Assembly (NCBI GenBank): GCA_013239625.1
Contig: MU057343.1
Span: forward strand, 19,264,195 to 19,328,194
From: Lama guanicoe
Lineage: Eukaryota
DNA length: 64,000 bases
Reading direction: 5' to 3'
The notes under the pieces are model-generated. The model was not told where the DNA came from and did no database searches. It worked only from the letters and a program-made list of their open reading frames with translations. Each line of letters begins with the position of its first letter. Within the stretch, counting starts at the first letter, position 1. The translations under genes were made by a program, and so were the position numbers. Below are positions 23,402-37,232 of this stretch, piece after piece.

Positions 23402-24170
23402 CTGTGGCAGCCTGTCTCCAAGATGACAGCCTGCCTTTTCTCCCTGTACATACTTGCCTTGAAGGGGATGGTCTGTTTCTCCTCCCACCTGAATCTGGGC
23501 TGGTCTGTAACTACTTCAATCAGCAGGGCACAGAGAAAGGGGTACTGTGTGACTTCTGAGGCTAGGACACACACAGCTTTTTAACTTCTACTTGAACCTT
23601 TTGGAATGCCCACTTTGGGGAGGCCAGATGCCACGTGAGAAGCCCAAATGCACTTAGATGGCCATGCTGTGGGGAAGCCCCAGCCGGCCGTGTGAAGAAG
23701 CTTCACGGAGAGATGCTGGACCAGGCCTCAGCTGTTCCTGCCATTCCAGGCCAAGCACCACTGCCCGAGTCTTTAGATGACTCCAGTCTCATCCAGCATC
23801 TGACCGCAGGTGTACAAGGGGGACCCAAGTAAGTACTGCCCAGCTGAGGCCTGTAACTACTAGTGCTTGAGAGAGAAGAATAAATTATTATTTGGGATTA
23901 AAAGATACAAGCTACTATATATCAAATACATAAACAAGGACCTACTGTATAGCACAGGGAACTATGTTCAATTTCTTGTAATAACATAAAATGGGAAAGT
24001 ATCTGCAAAGAAAAATATACATATATATGTATAACTGAATCGCTTTGCTCTATACCTGAAACTAACGTTATAAATCAATTATACTTCAATAAAAAATAAA
24101 AAAATAAAAATGATTACTTTAAGCCACTACATTTTGGGGTGGTTTGTTATGTCACACTAGATAAACAGAA
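23402..24170 (+). mobile_element. ERVL-MaLR solo LTR (MLT1 family) interrupted by an L1 tail
   Basis: Start tgtggcagcctgtctccaagatg, internal tgtgacttctgaggctagg and gccacgtgagaagccca, end tttaagccactacattttggggtggtttgttatg...tagataa. Confidence 0.9.
23890..24108 (+). mobile_element. L1 3'UTR tail nested in the MLT1 LTR
   Basis: tttgggattaaaagatacaagctactatatat...acctactgtatagcacagggaacta...tacttcaataaaaaa. Flanks aataaattatta / aataaaaatgatta look like a TSD. Confidence 0.9.
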
Positions 24171-26499
24171 AATAAACACTAACCCCAGAAGACCACAGCG
24201 TAGATAGAAATTGCTTCCTCATGTGCCTTAAGTCCCTCAGATTCTATTAGAGGGTACAGATTAGAGAATTTGCTTAGAGTTTCCTCTTATTTGTTTGCGC
24301 TGGTTAACATACCGGCAGAATAGAGAATTCAGGAACACTTAGGACTGCAGAATCAAGAGTCACAAAGTCCACAGAGCTCAAACTCAAATAGACCTAGAGG
24401 AAGAAAAACACCCGGCCTTGGACCTCAGGTTCAGACCAGTGTAACTGGCTGAAAATTAAACAAATAAAACAAAACAAAACAAAAAACCAAGACAGAGAAA
24501 AAGGCTTCGGAAGGCCATAAGCAGAAAGCATAAACCATGTAAGCGATCATGGAGGAGTGCCTGGATGAAAGGCTGGAGGACAAGAGACAGCGGTCATGCT
24601 TCATGTGCAGGTGACCATCTGTCAGATGACTGACAGTCTGACTTCACAAACCCCTTCAACTTAATCACAGTGTCTGACTGACAGTGTACAGACGTATGTC
24701 CGTGCGCTCGCACACACAGGTGCATGGATTCCTGCATGTGGGTGAGAGACCCGATGTGACTGATGTTCACTGGGCTTCCTGCCCCAGAGGCAACAGATCT
24801 TTGGGTGGGTGGCTTGTTTCCTCTGGTGTCTCTTGGGCACACTGCCACCCAGGTTTCTGGGATGCCCTGCCAGACGCCTTCCTCTGAAATATTAGAGAAG
24901 TCGGTGTAGAATAACTGGTGGATTCCCCTAAGTCCAGTCAAAGAGAGGCTGTCCTAAGGAATGTCACAGCTTCAGAGCTGGGAGGCGGGGGAGATGCTGA
25001 CTTCGAGGACTTGGGAACTCTCCCGCACATGTTATTTAACATGGACATAATGGAAATTGTCCATAAACAGAGGGCAGAATGGATTTTAAATGACCAAATT
25101 CTCCTCTCAATATCAGAGCCTCTGTTGGTGATGTCAAATAATTGTTGTTACGGTACTTGAAATGAGCTTTTGAGGGGATCGGACTGTTTTCTAAAACCTC
25201 TTTCTCAGCTATGTAACAATGATGGGATATTGATTTTAGATACCTAGCAGGATACGCTCAATGAAAAGACCAGGCGCGAGTGACAGAAAGTCTCAACACT
25301 CCCCTTCACTGGGGAGGCGCTGTGGGGGGGAGGTGGGAGCAGTGCTCACGTTACAGACGGCAGTATTCCAGAACCAACGTGTACGTCGTTTTTTACTAAC
25401 TTGCAATAGGTTTCTAACTGAAACAACGTTATAAAAGACGGTTAACTTTATTGGGCAGCCTTTGGTAAACAGACTCTGCGTATCATGGAACCAAGTAGTG
25501 GCAATAATAGGCCTAATAGAAGGAGGAAAAAAAGAGGAAGAAAAAGAGAAGGAAGGTTGGGTGTTAGCTTCCTTTTGGCTCTGTCATTATAAATTCCAAA
25601 AATCTGAGTCAATGGCGTTTGACTGAATTCTTTAATATATATGTTGTGGAAAATCCATTCTTGAGAGATGGGACATGTGGATAGTTCTGGGCTTATCAAA
25701 CGTATGACTTGACTTGCGAGCATACAGCTCTGCCTTCTTGACGCCCTATTCAATCAGACAAGCATTTACTGAGCACCATCTCAAAGCCTAGTGCTGTGCT
25801 AAGTGACATACAGCAATAGTTGTGACATTTGTGGACTTTGCAGACTTGTAGAATTTTTAAAAGTGAGGCAACTATCATAAAGGTGACGAGTCTTTATTTG
25901 CCAAGAAAGCACATATAAAAGAAAACAACTGCTACCTATTTGCATAATTACTCTTCACTATTAGCCTGATAGAAACTACCCAGACTCAGTTGGAAGTCAC
26001 TGCATTCTGCAGAACCTACAATTCCTATAAAATTTATTCCCACCTGCCCAGTCTTCTTCTCCTGATGTGTCAGCTTATTTCTTATTTGATCAACGACTGA
26101 AGCTGAAATTCCTTTCAAGAGAATTCCAGATTACTTCCATAAAATATTTCAGATTGATTGTTACAGAGAATTCAATCTTTCTCAACTCTAAACATCATTT
26201 ATGTAGGATCCATCATCAACGTATTTTTACACAATTTGAAAAGAAGTTTCTTAATCTACTATGAAAGATTTTCAAAATTTCTTAAAAAAAAAAAAACCAA
26301 CCCATAGAATCTTTTCTTCAACTGAAATCTGATTGAGGAAGACCCATCTCTAAACTAGATCAAAGCGGGCTGTTCTGATGGAAGCAGTCTGCTGGGTTCC
26401 CCTTTCTGCTTTCCCCACGCCCCAGCAGCACCCAACCTACCTCCACACGACTCTCAGGGCTGCACAGAGCAGCCTTGAACAGCTACCAATCTAACAGCG

Positions 26500-26720
26500 C
26501 CACAGGCTCGTAGAATTCCTAGGTCAGAAGATACTTTAGAGGTGATCACAACTGACACAACAGTAGTGCAGGAGGAAATCACGGAGCTCAACCAATTTAC
26601 CCCTCTCAATCCACAGAGAAGAAAACTGAGCCCCAGAAAGGCAGCCAAATCCACCTTCCCTGCCCAGGGTCACATACATTGCTGCTGAGTGGCAGATATG
26701 TGGCTGAAAATTAGGACTTC
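26500..26720 (-). mobile_element. MIR3/MIR SINE
   Basis: cacagagaagaaaactgagccccagaaagg...tgcccagggtcacata. Confidence 0.7.
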
Positions 26721-29700
26721 TCTGAGCCAGTCGAATGTTTTTCTTATCTTATTTGCAACTCTTTTGGAGGCATTACGAACAGGGAAAATGGCAGGAGCAT
26801 TGCAAAAGAATTCTTTAAAGCAGAGACAGTATCTAGCAGAGAAGAGGAAGCACGAGACAGGCAGAGAAAAAGAGCGGATAAGTGGATGCTCTCCGTTACT
26901 GGTTCCTCTTAGTTGAAACCGAATCATTATCTACAAGAAGCTTCCAGTCCAGTTAGGGAAAAAAATAAAAAAGAGCAAAAAAAAAATGTTTATGACTTCC
27001 GTGATATTTTAAGAAGACCAACTCCAAGTGATAAGAAGCTACAGAAATCTTCATAATTAATAAACGATGCTACACGGGTATCTGATGAAAACCTGCTACC
27101 CCATAATCACAGTAGTTAAAAATGAAAGTTAGACCATCATCTGACAGTCAAGTCTACAAAAGCTTGGCTATTTCCCTCTAGTAAAACTTTCATACCCTTT
27201 GAGAGGGGGCACTTTTTGCTTTGCAAGATACAGAGCTGAATTGAGGCAGAGCTCACACATCAATTAGACTGAACATTACAACATGAGTGCTACCGACGTG
27301 AACAAGCCATGAATGTACATAAATGAGTCCTGGGAGCATGTGGTGTAGCCAGCTTGATGTTCCACTATTGTTTTTGTCCACCTTGAACTCACAGTCACTG
27401 CTCAATATATAAATTCTCTTTCCTTTCTCTATTCCTTTTTTCCTTTCATATTTCAACTTATTTTAACATACGAGAAATATACGTATGTGTGTGTTTAGAA
27501 TCACTAACTAGACAGAAACTCATGGCTTTTTTTCAAATCTTTAATAGCAATTTGGATTCAAATTTCTACTCACATATAGGAAAATGGCATACCCATGCCT
27601 CTAAAATTCATCTGTTGGCAAGGGGTCCTCAATTAGAAAACACTCCAAGTGAAAAAGCAGAAACAGACTTTCTAGTTGTGCCAATTCATTTATGTGTGTC
27701 CTGTTAAAAACCACGTAAAAACATTAAAGGAAATTTTTGAAAGAGAAAAAAAATTCATTCTCATCTTTGTATTGTAACTCTCTCCATTTGTCCATGTTTC
27801 CATTCAGTGTGTGTTTATATGCTTATGACATTTTTAAAATAGTTGAAATCATGATGTGTCATGCAATTTTTCTTTCTATTTCGGTTATTTTGCATATTAT
27901 AGGCATTTGTCATGCTGCTACGGAGTCTCTGTCAGGGTAAACAAAGCCAGGGTCCACATGGAGAGATGTAAGTACATGGAAACTTGGCTGGAACCAAGTT
28001 TGTCTCTTTTGAACATCAGTACATCAAAACATTGCGGAAATGCGAATGCAGTTGGTTTCACAGTCATTTTTAAAATTACCCATCTGATAAAAGGGTGAAT
28101 TTGAACCGACTGAATGGATAATTTAATTCAACGGTAACATGTTTTCTTTTTAAGGACAATGAAATAACGGAATTAGCCTTCAGTGTGAGAAATACAATTT
28201 GTATGACGTTCGTCTTGGAACTTTGGAATCTCTAAGTTTTTATTAACCTAGCTTTTTGATACAGTGCATTTTTTTTAAGATGAAGTATTAATCTAATCCT
28301 GTTTAATAGGAATTAGTCACTTCCTATGATTGGTTCTTGGATCCTTTGTTTTTTAAAGACACTTTAATTGAAAATAGCAGACAGAATTAAAGTGTATTAT
28401 ATTTAAATTTAGTGTGTTGGTGACTAGACAACAGACAATTAGTTCCTTAAAGGTAGGGATTTTTGCCTGATTCATTTTTCTTGTCTTCCCAGCTCACAGC
28501 ACATTGTTATACGAATAGTATGTGATTCATAAAAGTTCAATGAACTAAATTGATCTTAGCTTTAAAATAGTCAGTTACCCGGGGACATATCATCCGATAA
28601 ATCCAAGCCTGTTTGTCACCTCAGTTCTGACACTAGATGAGTGATCCAGGGCATTTACCACTCAGTGTTGCTGGTGGAACATATACACTGGAATCTGAAG
28701 AGCCATTACTTTGAGTCCTTTTGCCATTTCAGTCCCACATTAAATCAATTAACTGATTTGACTCCGGGAGGATTCAGACCACGTGGCATTTTATATATTC
28801 ATTTTGCTTAAAGTCACTTTGAGTTTGTGCATGTTCATTTACCATATAAAGAGTGTATATGTTATGCATTACTCAAGTCAGAAAAGAATTCCAAATTAAA
28901 CCTGCGCCCTGCCGCGCGCTCTCAGAGGACGGCTCCCTCGTCACGCCTGTCTCAGCCTGTAGTCCTGTGTCCGTGTGGTTCTCTGGTTACGGCGTCTCCC
29001 CCAGAGCCTGTAGTGACCGTAAGAGCAGGGCATCTGCTTCTGCATTATTTTATCCCTAGAGTTTGGCACAGTCTCCGGTCCACGGCGCACATTCAAAAAA
29101 GGCAGCTGAACAAATTACTGAAATCCAAGGGCAAACAGAACTTGAGCTGAGTTTTGAGGACAGGTGAAAGAACTGATCTAGGAGCAGGGTGAGAAAAGGA
29201 CATCCAGGAGGGGGACGGCTTGAAATGGGGGTGTGGGTCGGGGCAGGAAGACTGAGGGAGATCCCTGAAGAATTACTCGTAATACAGCAGGGGCCCCTGT
29301 GTCTTAGCAGCAGGCGTGTACATAACAGGAGTTCCTTCCAGAAACGGGTTTGCGTTTTTCTCTGACATGATTTCTAAAACCATCAGAAGCTCAGTGGCAC
29401 TGAACAGGCACGGACACGCGAGGCTTGCTTCGTCGGACACGCGCAGCCAGGCTGCCTCTGCTGTGCGAGAGGAGGACACGTCCGCCTGCACCACGTAGGC
29501 CGTGTTGCTGGAGGTGGCTGGTTGCTGTTTCCCGCGCTGGAAAAAAAGGACCACCTTCCCCACGGCGCTTGACTCTCACCTGCATAAACCTTTTACCGCC
29601 CGCAGGGTCTGATCAGCTGAGATCACACAAACTCAGGGGTCCTCGGTCAGACGTTTTCTACTCTCCTACCGTGTTCTGTGTCCACTGTGGACATTTCAGA

Positions 29701-32700
29701 AGTTTGGAATGTGTGTAACCATTTTAATCTTAGGTAATTTGATTACCATACTTCTTATCCTGGTCTGGTGAGGGAGTAAATAATTATTTGCTAACTCCCC
29801 TGAGATGACATCAGAACAAAGTGAAGATTCCGCAGTTTTCCTCACGTCTCATTTTTCCTCTTCTCCCTCGCTTTTTCTTGACAGTTCTGTTTCCCATCCT
29901 CCATCTTCCCCTAAGTTTATATTTATTTCTCCACACATTCCCTGGACATTAGGTGTCCAACGTCCCAAACTGATGTACTTATTTTGTATGTGGAAAGTTT
30001 AATATTTACTTCTTCCCTAAGTTTTATTCAAGGAACGTGGCGGCCCCACTGGGCTACGGGCCTGTAGGCCGGTATATTTTGAGTGCGTTGTGTTTGGGTG
30101 ATTTCTGTCTGAGATGCCTCTCAGTTGCTGGGGGAAGTAAAATGGCAGTGAGTTTGGATATATCTTGGCTATATTTTCAATACATCATCCTTTATTTTGA
30201 TCGTAGCTTTGACTGAAATGCATTCTGCAAATCCCCACCTCTCCAGGGCAACCAAGTGAAAGCAGAAGAAAAAGTTTCCTGAGAAAGCATCCAAAATGCA
30301 TAGATGGCCTTAGCATTTTGAGATAGTCAACCTGGCCCAGGATTCCTTCTTTGTCTGATTTCTATTAAAGCTATTAAGAATGGATTCAGTGGACTGCACT
30401 TCCTGTCTATCTTCCTAGAGATGTGAACCCTGGGGCATCAGAATCATATGAATAGGCCTGTATGTACTGATAAGCAATTATCACTGGGGTAAGAAGAATG
30501 ATAAAGTCTAGGACTATCGCAGGGCAAAGACATTAAGATTTATTTCCAGTGTTATCAGGAGAGCTTTGCTAGCCATGCAAAGCTCCTTCTGGGAGAAAAA
30601 AGAAAGAGAAAAGCATAAGGGTAGATTATATTCCTTGCAAAAATTTATCAATCAAAACAAGAAACTCTGAATGCAAAATTGAAACACAATCACAAAGTCA
30701 ATTTTAAAAGTGGGGAAAATCCACAGAAAACATGGGCCTTCTGAAGATTAAAAGGAAAAGATCCTCACCTAGGAGTTAAAAAAAAATCCTTACCAGAGAT
30801 TAAAACAGAGAGGGGCTATGATAGGGAGGAAATGTGAAGAGACTGCTTTTATAAATGATCTGGGGCTGAAATAATTTATATGGCTTATATTCTGCCATTG
30901 AGTGCAAGATGGAAAATTTATAAAACTGTATAAAATGCCTTGCATTAGATCAGAACTATAAAAAATGGAACACAAGCTCAACTCCAGGGACTCAGTGAGG
31001 TTTTTTTAAATTAGGAAATCCAAGTTGTCCATGAAATGTAATTTTAATCATAAACTTGTATACAAATTCCAACTAACATATTAAACTACAGTATCTTTTG
31101 CCCTAGTCAGTCTTCAATGATTTCTCAAGGAAAGATGAAAACTCTATTAGGGAGCACTCCCTACTATATGTTCTTTCTTAAAGGCATCCTGTCTGAAATG
31201 AGAATTTCAAGTCATCAGCCAGTTCAGGAGCTAACTAGCAGATTAAGGAAAGCTAAAGTGCTTTATCACAGTCAACCTCCATGGTTCACTGTCTCAAATG
31301 CCTTCCACTGAAACGCAACAGCAGGGTCCAACAGATATTTTTGACTGAACAAACTTTGATCTGATGATCCACATGTACTGAGTTAGTCTCATTCATTTCA
31401 TTCCTTCACTCATTCATTCATGCAATAATTATTTACTGGACACCTGCTATGCGTTAGGCACTGGAAAAAGTGCTAGGGATGCTCAAGTGAGTAGACAGAT
31501 AACACACCTGCCCTCTGGTGACTTGTCATATTGCAAACCTGAATTTCACTAGTCTGCTAGTTTGCAGTTAAATTCTTTTCCAAAGCTGGGAACTCCTTTT
31601 TCCAAACAAAATCACTCATAAAGCACAGAATAACAGACTCTTATAGACAGAAAGGATCTTAGATAGATAGAAAAATAGCTCAGGAGCGGGTCATGTAGCT
31701 CTACTCCTTAACCTAAAAAAGATGTGAAATCTAGAGTCCCAGGTCTTATAGTCTGCGTCACGACGACCCTAAAAGCGGGGAAATGATGACACGCACGATG
31801 ACAATGGAAACCTAAGAAAATGCTCCACAGAAGAATTGAAAATAATTGCACTGGTAGGAGAGATAGGCAGGAGAGGCAAAAAGACAGAGCCATGCTGACA
31901 AGAGCAAAGAAACTGTCCAGGACCAAAGAGAGGCTGCAGACTCCTACTCCAGAAATGAGTTGCCAACCTGACTGCAAAGATGTTCTTTTCATTGTTATCT
32001 CTCCAAAAAAACAAAAACAAAAACAAAACAAAAACAAAAACCTAAACAAAACCCCACTCATCTTTATTTCTGGAGGCACTACTGAGAGTGAAAAATCAAG
32101 TGTCCCTCGTGGACCCTCTCTCAGTCACTATGTGCCCTTATGACTAGGACAAAATGTTGGGGAAAAAAAATAGAAAGGAACTGATTTCTATCTATTTTAC
32201 AGCTAACTTCCAACAAATTTACTCATACCTATTAAAAATCTGTACAACTAAAACCGCCATTTCCTAAATGTAAAAATCATCACATTTTGTTTCCATAACA
32301 ACCCTCTGATGGCTGGACGGACAATGACACCAATTTCTATTCTACTGGTGAGAGCAACACTTGAATCAAGAGTCAAAAGATAGCAAGATTATAGACCAGG
32401 TTTTCTGGCTCCTGGTTTGGTCTTCCTTCTGTCGTATCACAGAGCCACTCACCAACAGCGCAGCAGGTGGGCTCTTTGTCTGTGATAACATTCATGCAGC
32501 ATCTCCCGAGGAGCCCGAGCAGTGAGGATGCTCAGTGCATGTTTACTGAATAGCAATTTCTATCTGGCAGACAGGGCCTTTTATTACATATTTTAATCCT
32601 GCTCCCAGTTTTTAGTATTTGTCAGCAAAATTACTCCACCCCACTTTCAAGAGAGGCCTCCAAAGCTGGGTAGGTTTTCTGTGAAACCTGTGAAAAGGGA

Positions 32701-32974
32701 CAAAGTAGGGAGAAGCTTCAAGATTATTCTGAGTTGCAAACTGATGGAAAATAGTAAAATTTCACCTAATTTCCTTATGGTACTTCTCAGCATTCTGGCG
32801 TTTATCCACCCTGTAACCATAACTTGTCTGCTCTTACAAAATACACACCTATCTCTCTTATACATATAATATATACAAATAATGCATATAATATACAATG
32901 TGACCTATGCAAATATAATCAGGAAGGCACAGTCTACCCCTCCCAAATCACAGTAAACCTATCAAAGTTAAGTA

Positions 32975-34845
32975 TAATTTCTACTCTTATTCCTTCTATT
33001 CAAATTGTACTGGAGTTTCTCTACCCAGGGCAATTAGGCAAGAAAAAGAAATAAAAGGCATACAGATTGCAAAAGAAGAAGTAAACTTCTTTGCTGGAGA
33101 TACGATCCTGCATACAGAAAATCCACTAAAAACTATTAGAACTAATAAATGAGTTCAGCAAGGATTCAGGGTACACAATCAGTATAAATATATAAGTATC
33201 AGTTGTATATATATGCATTAGCAATGAAAATCTAGAAATGAATTTAGGAAAACAATTCCATTTACAAAATCATCAAGAAGAATATAATACTTGAGATTAC
33301 ATGTAACAAAAGAAATGCAAACTGTAAAACATTGTGGAAAGAAATTACAGAAGACCTAAATAAATGGAAAGACAGGCCATCTTCATGGACTGGAAGATTT
33401 AATATTGTTAAGATGGAAGTACTTTCCAAAGTGAATTACAGATTCAGTGCAACCTCTATCAAAACCCCAATTGCCTGTTTTGTGTAAGTGGAAAAGCTGA
33501 TCTTAAAATTCATATGGAGTTACGAGAAGCACAAGTAGCCAAAATAAAGTTAGAAGACTTTCACTTTCCAATTTCAAAACTTACTGCAAAGTAACAGCAA
33601 TCAAAAACACTGTGGTACTAATGTAAGGATAGACATATAGGCCAATAGAATAGAATTGAGAGTCCAAAACTAAATTCTTATATTTGTAGCCATCCATTTT
33701 TGATAAGGTGCCAAGACAATTCAAAGGGGAAATAGTTTTTTCAACAAACAATTNNNNNNNNNNNNNNNNNNNNNNNNNNNNNNNNNNNNNNNNNNNNNNN
33801 NNNNNNNNNNNNNNNNNNNNNNNNNNNNNNNNNNNNNNNNNNNNNNNNNNNNNNNNNNNNNNNNNNNNNNNNNNNNNNNNNNNNNNNNNNNNNAAATCTT
33901 AACTATCTTGGGTTAAGTAAAGCCTTCTTAGATACAACACTAAAAAAGTACAAGTGATGCAAATAAAAGATAAACTCCTCCATAACAATGAAAACATTTT
34001 GTGCCACAAGTAACACCATGAAGAAAGTGAATAGGCAACCCAAGGAATGGGTACAATCATTTGTAAATCAGACATATCTAATTAGGGATTATAATCTAGA
34101 CTACACAGAGAACTCTCATAACTCATTAATAAAAGATAAATAACCCAATTAAAAAATGGGCAAATAATTTGAATAGATACTTCTACAAAGAAGATGTAAA
34201 TAAATGTAAATAATGACCATTAAGTATATGAAAAGATGCTCAATATCTTTAGCCACCAAGAAAGGCAAATCAAAACCAGAATGAAATACCATTTTCACAC
34301 CCTATAGGATGGCTTTAATAAAACAGGACAGACAATAAACGTTGGCCATGATGTGTAGACATTGGAACCCTCACACATGGTTGGCTGAAATATAAAACAG
34401 TGCGGATTCTTTGGAAAACAGTTCAGCAGTTCCTCAAAGAGTTACGGTGGTTACACAGATTTACCATATGAGCTAGAAATTCCATTCCTAGGTATATACT
34501 CAAGAGAAAGACAATATATAGCCACACAAAAGCCTGTACGTGAATATTCAAAGTACTGTTATTCACATTAGCCAAAAAGCAGAAACTACCCAAATGCCCA
34601 TCAACTGATGAATGAATAAATAAAATGTGATACAGCTATACAAAAGATTATTTTTTGGCAGTAAAAAGAGATAAAGTAATGATGCATGTTACAACAGGGA
34701 TAAACCTTGCAAACGTTATGCCAAGTGAAAGAAATTGGTCACAAAAGATCACATATTGCATGACTGCATTTATATAAAACGTCTACCAGTGGCAGAAAGT
34801 AGATTTGTGGCTGAAAGGGGCTGAGGCATTGGGGTGGGGGAAGCT
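32975..34845 (+). mobile_element. Old L1 (L1MB-type): degraded ORF2 3' half plus 3'UTR, spanning gap 33754-33893
   Basis: caattaggcaagaaaaagaaataaaaggcatacagatt, gaagacctaaataaatggaaagaca, aaatgcccatcaactgatgaatgaataaataaaatgtg. Many stops and indels. Confidence 0.95.
33754..33893. other. Assembly gap (140 N)
   Basis: N run inside an L1. Confidence 1.
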
Positions 34846-35441
34846 GAGTGAAGATCAGGGATATTAAAACAGTCACCTGGTCTGGGGAGTGGCGCTGTGA
34901 ATAGGGAAAGGTACAAGAGAATAAGGAGTAAAGGCAAAAGCAAGGAACAAGATCAAATCAATTTTCAGATCAGCAATAAGGAGCAAAGGCTGGATTTTTG
35001 TGTCATTAAAAAAAAAAAATCAGCTGCTAGCACCAGAATTCTTCTGAAGGAGGGAAGCACATTTGTTTAGGAAAATTCTCTTACAGGTCCTTTGTGGGTA
35101 GAAGATGAGGCCCTAAAGGCGTGAATATTTGGAGGAAAGGAATGAAGTACTGTTCTACGCTGGAGAGGAGCAGGGATTCTGGAGAATGGGAGTTGAGGGA
35201 TCTAAGAAAAAGAGTAAGAATCCCTGACTTGGGACCATGGATGCATAATTGAAAAGCATTTAACAACAGGAAGAAGTCTGCATTTTTGTCATGTAAATCC
35301 TCCTTTAGTCCCCCCAAACCTCACCTTAACACTTGCTGTACACACACATGCCTAGCGATTTAGCAGTACAAGGTCAGATAGATGGGTTGAGGTTATACAG
35401 GCCATTTCTCCATTCTTTTGCATTAGAAGTGATGGAATCTT

Positions 35442-36136
35442 TCCTCAAAAAACTAAAAATAGACTTACCATATGACCCAACAATCCCACTCCTGGGCATA
35501 TATCTAGAGAGAACCTTAATTCAAAANNNNNNNNNNNNNNNNNNNNNNNNNNNNNNNNNNNNNNNNNNNNNNNNNNNNNNNNNNNNNNNNNNNNNNNNNN
35601 NNNNNNNNNNNNNNNNNNNNNNNNNNNNNNNNNNNNNNNNNNNNNNNNNNNNNNNNNNNNNNNNNNNNNNNNNNNNNNNNNNNNNNNNNNNNNNNNNNNN
35701 NNNNNNNNNNNNNNNNNNNNNNNNNNNNNNNNNNNNNNNNNNNNNNNNNNNNNNNNNNNNNNNNNNNNNNNNNNNNNNNNNNNNNNNNNNNNNNNNNNNN
35801 NNNACTTATTTACAAAATAAAAATTGACTCACAGACACAGAAAACAAACTTATGGTTACCAGGGTGGAATGGGGGTGGGGATGGATAAATTGGGAGTTCT
35901 AGATTTGCAGATACTGACTAATATACATAAAATAGATAAACAACAAGTTTATACTGTATAGCACAAGGAACTATATTCAGTATCTTCCAGTAACCCATGG
36001 TGAAAAAGAATACGAAAATGCATATATGCATGTTCCTATGTGACTGAAGTACTGTGCTGTACACCAGAAACTGACACCTTGTAAACTGACTATACTTTGA
36101 TTAAAAAATATATATATATTTAATAATAATAAAAAA
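35442..36136 (+). mobile_element. Young 5'-truncated L1 with a perfect 17-bp TSD
   Basis: Encodes the ORF2p C-terminal motif LKIDLPYDPTIPLLGIY. TSD agaagtgatggaatctt at 35425-35441 and 36137-36153. Confidence 0.97.
35527..35803. other. Assembly gap (277 N)
   Basis: N run inside an L1. Confidence 1.
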
Positions 36137-37172
36137 AGAAGTGATGGAATCTTATTCCACATATCTGTGGCTTAGAAGCTTCATGACCATAGGGATTGCT
36201 GAGGTCTGTGCAACATCATCTTGCTGGAGAGCTGAAGTTCTCTCCCTGCAGTAATGAACTATGAGGAAGCCTCAGGCAAGCATTTCTGATGCTATTCCCA
36301 GCAAGAGAAGTGGCCTATGCGGGGGATGCCACCTGTGGTGGACAGCCAAAAAGATGGACTGAGCAGGAACTTGGATCCCAGGAAGCTTGTGTGCACCGAC
36401 ACTGCCCTGCACACATGGGGGAATGTGGGTCTCACCTGGCAACCCCATGCCTTTTAAGGACAGTCACATTGTCACTCAAGATTAGAGGATCATGAAATAT
36501 ATTTCTTCTCCTAGGGCCCAGTGGACCTTGGTAATTACTTTCATTTGAAAAATGAAATGTCAATACAACCTCACCGTCCCTATTCCCCATGTAAGTTGAG
36601 TCAGAACCTCACTAAAAGGCAACTGGACTCCTATCATCACTGTGCAAAATAAAGCACCTTTCTTTCTCTGTCTTTTGGGTAGTGGTGGGGGCAGAAGTGG
36701 TGCGGTAAGGCAGTTCTGAGATGCACATGTGAGAGTTCACCTAAGTGTGAGTTCACTCATGGAGAGGGTATGAGGGTGGGTAAGAGTGGATCTCATGTTG
36801 ATATTATGCCCTTCCTACTTCTGAGAGGTTGCAGAGTTTAAAAAATGCTGGCTTACTGTGCATTTTAGGTCTGACCAAAAAGGTTGTAGGTTTCTCATAG
36901 CTTACTATTCAAGGGTTAAAGAAAAAAAATAATGGAGGTCTGTTAATCAAAAGTAGGGTTTTCTAGTTTCTAGCCTTCTCTAACTGCTTTTATCAAGGTT
37001 CATTCAAGGGCAATGAATGGAGTGTGATGCTCATTGTATAATCGTACATGACTTGGTCAGCCTGCTCCTTTGCTCATGAAAGAATCCGTCCAAGGCAACA
37101 GCCCCTCCTTGCTGTCACCCAGTTAATCTCTTGCCAACCCCTCTAGACTGCCTGTCTAAGCTGCTTTCCTGC

Positions 37173-37232
37173 NNNNNNNNNNNNNNNNNNNNNNNNNNNN
37201 NNNNNNNNNNNNNNNNNNNNNNNNNNNNNNNN
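37173..37232. other. Assembly gap (60 N) abutting a poly-T run
   Basis: N run. Confidence 1.

Noticed and set aside
31820-32143. 107-aa charged ORF
   Set aside because: Arises from purine-rich sequence and a (CAAAAA)n repeat, with no splice signals or homology.
35333-35827. 164-aa ORF
   Set aside because: Mostly N gap plus an L1 ORF2 C-terminal fragment.
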